Shown piece by piece: positions 25,120 to 32,000 of a stretch of DNA of 32,000 bases. A program made the translations under genes and the position numbers. Each line of letters begins with the position of its first letter. Position 1 is the first letter of the stretch. The notes below the pieces were generated by a model. That model did no database searches. It was not told where the DNA came from and worked only from the letters and a program-made list of their open reading frames with translations. Origin of the DNA: Chlamydiales bacterium (GTDB taxonomy: Bacteria; Chlamydiota; Chlamydiia; Chlamydiales; JAAKFR01); assembly GCA_041395025.1 (NCBI GenBank), contig JAWLBH010000001.1:720001-752000 (forward strand), given 5' to 3'.

Positions 25120-26745
25120 TCAATTGACTTTTTTATCTTGTTTGCTTTGCTCTTGAGTTAATCGACCTAAATCATATCCTTCATAATCTACAAATTTGAA
25201 AAAGATTTCAAAATTAGGGCAAACCTCGATGACTTGACGTGCCATTTCTTGAGCCACATAACGATAATTAGGGTGACCAGATGGCTGTGAACGCAGTTCA
25301 CAGATCCATTGGAGAGCACGCAAGTTCACATGAAAATACCAACGAACATGATAAGCCATTGGGACCACATACTGAGCTTCTTCTGGTAATTCTTTCGCAA
25401 TTAAATCAAAGACATCTTTCGCCATATCCATAGCTTCTCGATAATCCTTTTCCATTGGAGTGCCGAGAATCTCATTGGGAATGAAGTAACCATAATTGGT
25501 AGTCAGAAGCTGTCTTTCTTGAGACAGCATACGGTGACGATGTAAGTCTCGATAGATACCAAAATCACCAATAATTTCAAAAGTGAACTGAGCTTGTTCT
25601 AGTGCACGAGGAGATTTTTGGCGACGACTTTCTCGCATTGAAGAGGCCGCTTCGAATATTTCCGCTATTTCCTCACTAGAAAGATGAGAACAGTGAGTTT
25701 GCAAATCCTCCAAACTACTATTCCCTTGATTAAAAAGCAGAGCAGAGGCGACTTTGTAGGGGCCTTTTATATCATAATCAATTAAACGAGGGCCAATTTT
25801 GTAATCGTTGTTTGTCACAAATTGACGAGAGGCTACATTCTTTAACTGTTCTTGCATTGACTCAAAGCACTGAGAAAAAGCTTCATGATAGTAATGATGT
25901 GACTCAGCCCGACGTACAAAGGAAGGAATGACTTTGGAAAGCTCTTGATAAGATTTTTTTCCAATATCTTGAAGCTCGGCAAGCATTTGGCATTGCAACT
26001 TATGGATCAATCCTTCCCAAAACCTTCCATTTCCATACAATCCCATATTTGTCAAGGTCCCAGCAGGAAGCAGGCCACGTAAGCAATCGAGGACTTTAGC
26101 ACGTAAGGCAGCAAGGTAAGCAGTTTTTGATTGCCCAGACTCTTTAGGAATTTTTTGTTCTATTAAAGGGGTGAGCTGAGAAATTAATCTTGAATAGGTT
26201 TCAAATAGATGATCGCATGTTTTTAGAAAAGGCTCACGATAAGCAGAAGCCATAAGAATGGGTTCACGATAATAAAGGTATTGGTCATCTACCTTTTGAT
26301 CAAAATAAATATAACGAGTCGATTTTTCCAGAGGTGAACCACCAATCCGTTTATCCTCTATGATTTTTGCAGCTAACATAGAGATATTTTCGATGCCTAC
26401 ATGAGCTCCCCCAAGTTCCCCAATCGAATCATCACCATACCCATCTAAAATGCGATCATAAAAGTTTTGAGCGCGTTGAATAGCAATGGTTTGATCTTCG
26501 TGATTTTCAAAGTCCCTCCCTTTTCCTTCGCCAACAATCGAATCAAAAGCCGTTTCTTCTCCTTGGATAAACTCTTTTAAAAGCAAGGCACGGAGACCTA
26601 AACTTGACCGAGAATAACGTGAAAAAAGCGCTCCTTTAATCACTTCCGGTAAATTACGCAAAACAAATACGTTACTTGAAGTATTAGTTACAAATTTTTT
26701 AAGAATACTAGCTTGTGTTGCATTGAAATCTAAATCATTTTTCAT
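25120..26745 (-). CDS. thyX: ThyX-family flavin-dependent thymidylate synthase, long chlamydial-type form
   Basis: 541 aa. The C-terminal lobe carries a ThyX-like motif, YRDLHRHRMLSQERQ. The N-terminal lobe carries a degenerate counterpart, ALFSRYSRSSLGLR. Size and position next to hemB match what I recall for C. trachomatis CT632. Confidence 0.7.
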   Translation of the reverse strand: MKNDLDFNATQASILKKFVTNTSSNVFVLRNLPEVIKGALFSRYSRSSLGLRALLLKEFIQGEETAFDSIVGEGKGRDFENHEDQTIAIQRAQNFYDRILDGYGDDSIGELGGAHVGIENISMLAAKIIEDKRIGGSPLEKSTRYIYFDQKVDDQYLYYREPILMASAYREPFLKTCDHLFETYSRLISQLTPLIEQKIPKESGQSKTAYLAALRAKVLDCLRGLLPAGTLTNMGLYGNGRFWEGLIHKLQCQMLAELQDIGKKSYQELSKVIPSFVRRAESHHYYHEAFSQCFESMQEQLKNVASRQFVTNNDYKIGPRLIDYDIKGPYKVASALLFNQGNSSLEDLQTHCSHLSSEEIAEIFEAASSMRESRRQKSPRALEQAQFTFEIIGDFGIYRDLHRHRMLSQERQLLTTNYGYFIPNEILGTPMEKDYREAMDMAKDVFDLIAKELPEEAQYVVPMAYHVRWYFHVNLRALQWICELRSQPSGHPNYRYVAQEMARQVIEVCPNFEIFFKFVDYEGYDLGRLTQEQSKQDKKVN

Positions 26746-27115
26746 AAATTAGTCGTATTCCTAAATTTCAAAAAAATAAGCCTGCCATAAATTCAATCGG
26801 ACAATCAAGAGAAAAGTCAGAGAACTATTTGTCATACAACATCCAAAAATTTTTTCATGCAGAATCTACTACTTTCTTCTAGCGTGACCTCAATATAGAA
26901 CATTTGGTAAAAAATTGTTCATACCTTGTTGAAGGAAAGTAGACAAACTGATTGTTCTGAATTAGAATGTCGATATCTTCTCATTTTTCTACACATTATC
27001 AACAAAATATTAACAATCTGTTTACGAGAGGAAAAGTCGACTTATAAACATTTTCACATAGGAAGAAGAAGAGGAATTAAGTATTCTATATTTTTCTTCT
27101 TCAGTTTAGGTGCAT

Positions 27116-28132
27116 ATGAAAAACAGACCCAATTTATTCACTCCCCCCTATTATAGACCCCGTCGCAACAGAAAAAGTTCCGCTATTCGTGCATTAGTCA
27201 CAGAAACACAACTTTCTTCTTCGGATTTAATTTATCCTCAGTTTGTTGTAAAAGGATCTAACATTAAAGATCCCATTCAAAGCATGCCTGGAATTTATCG
27301 ATTGAGCCTTGATGTATTGTTAAAAGAGATTGAATCTCTGATTGAATGGGGAATTCCTGCGATTGCTCTTTTCCCTGTCATTGAAAGTGAATTAAAAAAT
27401 AGAGAAGGAAGTGAAGCGATTAATCCTCGAGGAATTTTACAACAAGCGATTTTTTCTGTTAAAAAACATTTTCCTCAACTATGTGTCATGACGGACATTG
27501 CTTTAGACCCCTATACTTCCCATGGACAGGATGGACTAGTCGATGAAAATGGAGAAATTTTAAATGATCCTACTCTAGGTATTCTCAAACAAATGGCTTT
27601 GATACAAGCAGAAGCAGGAGCTGATATGGTTGCTCCTAGTGATATGATGGATGGACGTGTAGGGGTCATTCGGGCGGCTTTGAATGAAAATGACTTTGCT
27701 TCTGTTAATATCCATGCTTATACTGCCAAATATGCTTCAGCTTTTTATAGCCCTTTTCGTGATGCAATTGGTTTGAAATTTCCTGTAAAGGATAAAAAAA
27801 CTTATCAGATGAACCCTGCAAATAGTCGAGAAGCATTGTTAGAAGCATTTTTAGATGAATGGGAGGGGGCGGATATTTTAATGATCAAACCCGCGATTCT
27901 TTACTTAGATGTAATTAGCAAAATACGTGCTTCTACAGCCTTACCTATTTCTGCTTATCATGTGAGTGGTGAATATGCGATGATCATGGCTGCGGCTCAA
28001 AATGGATGGTTAGATGAAGATCAGGCTTTACTTGAAAGCATACTGAGTATTAAAAGAGCGGGTGCTGATATGATTTTGACTTATGGAGCGATTAAAGTCG
28101 CTCGTCTTTTAGCTAACGGCGCTCTCTATTAA
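27116..28132 (+). CDS. hemB: Porphobilinogen synthase (delta-aminolevulinate dehydratase), Asp-rich (non-zinc) metal-site type
   Basis: YRPRRNRKSSAIRALVTE matches the HemB N-terminus. The active-site Lys regions are AYTAKYASAFYSPFRDA and LMIKPA. The metal-site segment is DIALDPYTSHGQDG (nt 27494-27535), with Asp in place of the Cys triad of zinc enzymes. I prefer the ATG at 27116 to the GTG at 27110, but the AGGTG lies only 4 nt upstream, so the start is not certain. Confidence 0.92.
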   Translation: MKNRPNLFTPPYYRPRRNRKSSAIRALVTETQLSSSDLIYPQFVVKGSNIKDPIQSMPGIYRLSLDVLLKEIESLIEWGIPAIALFPVIESELKNREGSEAINPRGILQQAIFSVKKHFPQLCVMTDIALDPYTSHGQDGLVDENGEILNDPTLGILKQMALIQAEAGADMVAPSDMMDGRVGVIRAALNENDFASVNIHAYTAKYASAFYSPFRDAIGLKFPVKDKKTYQMNPANSREALLEAFLDEWEGADILMIKPAILYLDVISKIRASTALPISAYHVSGEYAMIMAAAQNGWLDEDQALLESILSIKRAGADMILTYGAIKVARLLANGALY

Positions 28133-30233
28133 TCATTTCAAATAGTTCTCGGCCTGTAGAAGTCGAGTAGCCTGCATCTCGAAGCCATGCCGCCATGCCA
28201 TAATTCCAAATTTTTCGACTACTACATTTGTAGAAGAGATCAAAAGGAATTTCGAGGGCAATCCCTCGATCATAGTAGTTTTCTCCATGCATTTGATCGT
28301 GTGCATTGGTATACGTGATCCATCCAGTCAAGCGAATTCCATTCTCAAAATAACGTGTTACATCGAATCGTATCCCTTTGTCTCTCGCTAAAAACTGTCC
28401 CAAACTAACTTTCGTAAAAATTTTTAAATCAGAAAGATCGAGATAGAAATTAACAAACCATTGTCCCAACATCAAATAAGAGGTAAAATGTGGGGTATTT
28501 CCCTCAAAATAACGTATTTTTGATTGAAAACCAAATCCTGTATATTTACGTTTCTTGACAACAGCTCCTTCCATCCCCAAAGCTATCGAACTTTGCACCG
28601 GATACCACAAAATTTCCGTAGCTAAGCCGGCATAATTAATTTGAAAATATCCCCCTGAAAGACGTCCAAAGTAGCTTTTCCCAAAATTCCAGCTTTTTTG
28701 TATGTAAAAACGGTCCCAAGAGAGATTATGCAGTTGACGATAACGAATATAATCTGTGGCTACATTGAGAAGTTGAGAAGGAGCAAATAGATCAAAATCT
28801 GATAAGCCATGGATATCTGAAAAAAGAGTATTGCTTATTTGGATTTCATAAAACCAACGATATGGTAAAAATCCCTGTATATCCATTTTTAAACCACAAT
28901 CATACTTCCATTTCCCACTAGAACTACCGAAAAAATTCTCCATTCTAGGACTGATTTTCATCTGCCACAAATGATAACGATGATCGAAAATTAAATGAGA
29001 AGAGCAGGAAGGAGGAGTAATTTCTTCACGAGGAGAGAGCGTATTCATTTCAAATGGAGAAATTGTATGATGAGCATAACGCATAAGAAATTCTTTTTTA
29101 TAAATATATTGTTGGCAGGGAAGACCATAAGATTCTATTTGCACGAATATGGTTTCAATATTGGTAGGAATTAAAGCACCAAGAAGATATTGAAGACGAC
29201 TACGAACCACTTCTTCTTCACGATACGCTTCAACTATGACACTCAACCAAAGAGTGGATTGATCTAACCAGGCTTTTGTTAATTGGAATCCCTGATCTTT
29301 TAAGGCATAACCTAAACTATGCACCATAATATCAACAGGACGCATCTCCCCAATCGATTGGTGATCAACTGGAGCGAGATAGAAGGGGGGATTATCCACT
29401 TTCGGAAGAAAACCGTTCGATTGTCCCCAATTATAATGTAACGAGCCAGCAAAAGAGTAGAGATACCCTCGGATATAACTCATTGAAAGCTCTACAGTAT
29501 TATCAAAACTATACTTTCCACCAAAATTCATGGGTGTGTAAGAGGTTTTTCCCTTAGGATGAGGACTTTTTGAAACATTTGTTGGGTCATATTCTACAGT
29601 CAAACAGATGCCTTTCCACCATTTATGAGAAGTTTGGAGAAAAGGGAACCAATTCACCCCACCAAAAAAACCTTTAGAAGGACCTTGAGTATAGATTCCA
29701 TATCCCCACCCCAAACTAGTTTCTAAGCCATAGTCAGGCCATACCTGAGTCCCGACAACGAAATAATTGGTAAACTTTTTAGATCCCATGAAATCATCGA
29801 TACCAAAAGCAATTCCAGGTAAGCGATAAAAACTCTGTTCAGGATGGAGAATAGCCACTTTAAAATTTGCCCCTCTGTCCGCATAATTTCCGAATCCATA
29901 CTTTCCAATCGTTGGATCTGGATATTGCAAAAAAATTCTATAATTTGCAGTAAACTCAAGAAAAAAAAATGGCTGTATCCTTCCATTGAAATTCAAATAA
30001 AGAGGTGAGTAAGCAGATCCTATTCCTATTTCTCCTTCACGAGTCATACGTGCTGAGTGCGTCATGAAATACCCTGTAGATAAGAGATAGTTAAATGTCA
30101 TCGGAAAACGCGTTTCAAGTTTACGATCACAATTCGCTACAATCTCAAGAGCTTGTAAAAGTTCATGAAGCGATTGATCAGCGATGAGAATAAAAGAAGA
30201 TAAAAGTAAAAAACATAATAGGATCCTTCTCAT
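28113..30233 (-). CDS. Secreted ~700-aa protein, putative YjbH/GfcD-family outer-membrane protein
   Basis: 706 aa with a signal peptide (MRRILLCFLLLSSFILIA/DQS). It is Gly/Tyr/Trp/Phe-rich with beta-strand-like periodicity. The N-terminal blocks (THSARMTREGEIGIG, IQPFFFLEFTANYR, DRGANFKVAIL, LPGIAFGIDDFMGSKKF, LGWGYG) and the length fit my recollection of YjbH (PF06082). This assignment is unverified. The ORF overlaps the hemB 3' end by 20 bp and lies 18 nt downstream of nqrA on the same strand. Confidence 0.5.
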   Translation of the reverse strand: MRRILLCFLLLSSFILIADQSLHELLQALEIVANCDRKLETRFPMTFNYLLSTGYFMTHSARMTREGEIGIGSAYSPLYLNFNGRIQPFFFLEFTANYRIFLQYPDPTIGKYGFGNYADRGANFKVAILHPEQSFYRLPGIAFGIDDFMGSKKFTNYFVVGTQVWPDYGLETSLGWGYGIYTQGPSKGFFGGVNWFPFLQTSHKWWKGICLTVEYDPTNVSKSPHPKGKTSYTPMNFGGKYSFDNTVELSMSYIRGYLYSFAGSLHYNWGQSNGFLPKVDNPPFYLAPVDHQSIGEMRPVDIMVHSLGYALKDQGFQLTKAWLDQSTLWLSVIVEAYREEEVVRSRLQYLLGALIPTNIETIFVQIESYGLPCQQYIYKKEFLMRYAHHTISPFEMNTLSPREEITPPSCSSHLIFDHRYHLWQMKISPRMENFFGSSSGKWKYDCGLKMDIQGFLPYRWFYEIQISNTLFSDIHGLSDFDLFAPSQLLNVATDYIRYRQLHNLSWDRFYIQKSWNFGKSYFGRLSGGYFQINYAGLATEILWYPVQSSIALGMEGAVVKKRKYTGFGFQSKIRYFEGNTPHFTSYLMLGQWFVNFYLDLSDLKIFTKVSLGQFLARDKGIRFDVTRYFENGIRLTGWITYTNAHDQMHGENYYDRGIALEIPFDLFYKCSSRKIWNYGMAAWLRDAGYSTSTGRELFEMINRERR

Positions 30234-30251
30234 AAGAAGGAAATTAATACC

Positions 30252-31610
30252 CTAATGTCCCATTTCTTTTGAATATCTGTGTAGACCAGTTTTAACGATT
30301 TGCATCATTTCAATTTTTGAAGGACAGATAAATGTAGCAAGAGCAAAATCCTCACTTGTGACTTCTAACAGCCCTAAGCATTCAGCTAGTTCAAAATCCT
30401 CCGCAAGAATTGCTTTTATTAAATGCATCGTAGGAATTTGCATCGGCATGACACGTCTATAAATATTGCCATCTATAAAAGCACGCCTTTCTCCATGTTG
30501 GTTAGTAGTAAATGGATACCCTTTCCGAGGGGGACGCACATGACCTGTAAAATATGTTTTTGTTGCGGTAAATTTATCAAAACCAAGGCGAAGAAAATGC
30601 AAGAGAGGACGCAAATGATTCTCTGGAAGAGCTGTAAAAACGATTTGGTAAAATCCTAAAAAATCCTCCTCTTTTGCCTCAGTCCCAGTAATTGGGTCAC
30701 CAGTAATCAAACGTAAGGGTAAATTTTTTAACCGATTGTGCACAAGAGCTTTCACAGGAAAACCAATGCGAGATTTAAAAAATCCTCTCTTTTCTTCCCT
30801 GATCCCTCCTCCTCCAATTCCTAAAATACGATCGATAAAATAATGTCCTTCAGTTGCCATTTTCCCAACTGTGATGACATCAAGAGTGGATAAAGTCCAA
30901 ACAGAGTCGCTGACACTTCTAATCGGGGCAATTTCATGAATATGGAAGGAAGAAGTTCCTGCTGGATGTGGACCAGAGACTGTGTGTTTTTGTACTCCTT
31001 CTGCTTGAGTCAATGCAGTAGATGTAGAACCTTCTTTATAAACAAGATGTAACTCACCTTTCGTAAGTTTTTTCATAGTATCCAAACCTGCTTGAAAATA
31101 GGCTTCGTATCCTTCCAATTGGATTTCAGCAGAAGGAGTAAAGGGCAGGGTTTCAATCGCTCGCACAAAAATAGCGCGAGGAAGAGAGTGGGGATGAGCA
31201 ATTAAATCAAAAGGACGCATTCGAATGTGGGGAAAAAGGCCGGTTGCCATAAAAAAATTTAGCGTGTCTTCTTGAGAAGCTCTCGAATTTAACGTTTGAT
31301 GGGAGAAATAGGTTTCATTTTCATCTAGATCAATGATGATCTGACTCAATCGTCTTTTAAGACCCCGTCGGATTTCTCTTACCAATCCTCCAGCCGGAGA
31401 AACAAACATTTGCCCTCTTATGGATTTATTCTCAATGATTGGTTGACCAATCTTAACTTTTTCTCCAACTTTTACGTGTAATTTGAAACTGAGCTCTTCA
31501 AAAGCATCAAGATTAAGAGCGATCGTTTTAGGTGGTAGTAAGTCACCTACTTCTCCTTCTGGCTTCCCTTCAATAGGGATATCAAGGCCTTTTTTAACAA
31601 CCATCTTCAT
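30252..31610 (-). CDS. nqrA: Na+-translocating NADH:quinone oxidoreductase subunit A
   Basis: 452 aa. It starts MKMVVKKGLDIPIEGKPEG, compared with Vibrio NqrA MITIKKGLDLPIAG as I recall it. Length is typical. No nqrB-F follows, as in Chlamydiaceae. Confidence 0.88.
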   Translation of the reverse strand: MKMVVKKGLDIPIEGKPEGEVGDLLPPKTIALNLDAFEELSFKLHVKVGEKVKIGQPIIENKSIRGQMFVSPAGGLVREIRRGLKRRLSQIIIDLDENETYFSHQTLNSRASQEDTLNFFMATGLFPHIRMRPFDLIAHPHSLPRAIFVRAIETLPFTPSAEIQLEGYEAYFQAGLDTMKKLTKGELHLVYKEGSTSTALTQAEGVQKHTVSGPHPAGTSSFHIHEIAPIRSVSDSVWTLSTLDVITVGKMATEGHYFIDRILGIGGGGIREEKRGFFKSRIGFPVKALVHNRLKNLPLRLITGDPITGTEAKEEDFLGFYQIVFTALPENHLRPLLHFLRLGFDKFTATKTYFTGHVRPPRKGYPFTTNQHGERRAFIDGNIYRRVMPMQIPTMHLIKAILAEDFELAECLGLLEVTSEDFALATFICPSKIEMMQIVKTGLHRYSKEMGH

Positions 31611-31631
31611 AATCAGCGATTATATTCAAAA

Positions 31632-31997
31632 TTAAAGTGGGATCCAGTGTTTTTTCTTCGCAAAACGATTAGGTTGTTTCTTTCTCTTTTTCACAAGATT
31701 TTCTTTGAATTGCTCATCTCCAATAATAGACTGAGCAGCCCTTTTGTATTTCTGACAAGCAGCTTTAACTTTTTGCAGAGCTTGCCACTCTTCTGGAGTA
31801 AAATTATGAGGATTGGCAGCATAACTTTCTAGCTGCTCACGATTCATCCCCGTACGCTTATAAATCTCTTCCGCTTTTTCATTCAAATCATCCAAACGTT
31901 GCTGTGTTTTACTAATGATTTCAGAATAATCTCCTAACCTCTCCTCACGTGCTTCCTCATCAGATGGAGGTTGTATATCGAGATGAATCCCATACAT
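31632..31997 (-). CDS. Hypothetical protein (121 aa), acidic helical N-terminal part and Lys/Arg-rich C-terminal tail
   Basis: Complete ORF 21 nt upstream of nqrA on the same strand, so probably co-transcribed. The tail is KKRKKQPNRFAKKKHWIPL. There are no TM segments. I do not recognise the family. Confidence 0.6.
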   Translation of the reverse strand: MYGIHLDIQPPSDEEAREERLGDYSEIISKTQQRLDDLNEKAEEIYKRTGMNREQLESYAANPHNFTPEEWQALQKVKAACQKYKRAAQSIIGDEQFKENLVKKRKKQPNRFAKKKHWIPL

Positions 31998-32000
31998 AGC

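Noticed and set aside
26926-27156. 76-aa TTG-initiated ORF spanning the thyX/hemB intergenic region and the hemB start
   Set aside because: It has low-complexity composition, a non-ATG start, no SD, and overlaps the well-supported hemB start in another frame.

Overview
This AT-rich window looks like core chromosome of a member of the Chlamydiota, most likely an environmental chlamydia. Several markers support that: a TopA with a C-terminal SWIB domain, a long two-lobed ThyX-like protein, a stand-alone nqrA, and RsbU-type sensor phosphatases next to eno. A CIRCE element upstream of groES-groEL and the uvrD-rpoN pairing fit too. From memory, these blocks match C. trachomatis neighbourhoods CT587-590, CT608-609 and CT632-635. 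I call 21 protein genes, including a truncated recC on the minus strand at the window start that the ORF track omits. I also call one tRNA-Arg(ACG), a CIRCE operator, two near-consensus sigma-70-type promoters, the groESL terminator and a weaker hairpin. I found no rRNA, CRISPR array, transposase, integrase or recognisable defence island, so most of the window is ordinary housekeeping DNA. The best candidate for an undescribed system is the minus-strand block 3118-11200. It holds an intact RsbU sensor phosphatase, a tandem paralog with a degenerate metal site, a translationally coupled 955-aa protein with a split Cys/His/Asn papain-like signature, and a porin-like gene with its own strong promoter. 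Other items worth a second look are an orphan YjbH/GfcD-like outer-membrane protein between hemB and nqrA, and an exact sigma-54 -24/-12 consensus inside the LplT-like gene. There is also a 127-aa orphan with a tail-sheath-like motif pattern, and an LplT fusion to an acyltransferase domain lacking its catalytic His. All family assignments come from reading the translations by eye and need profile or structure searches to confirm.
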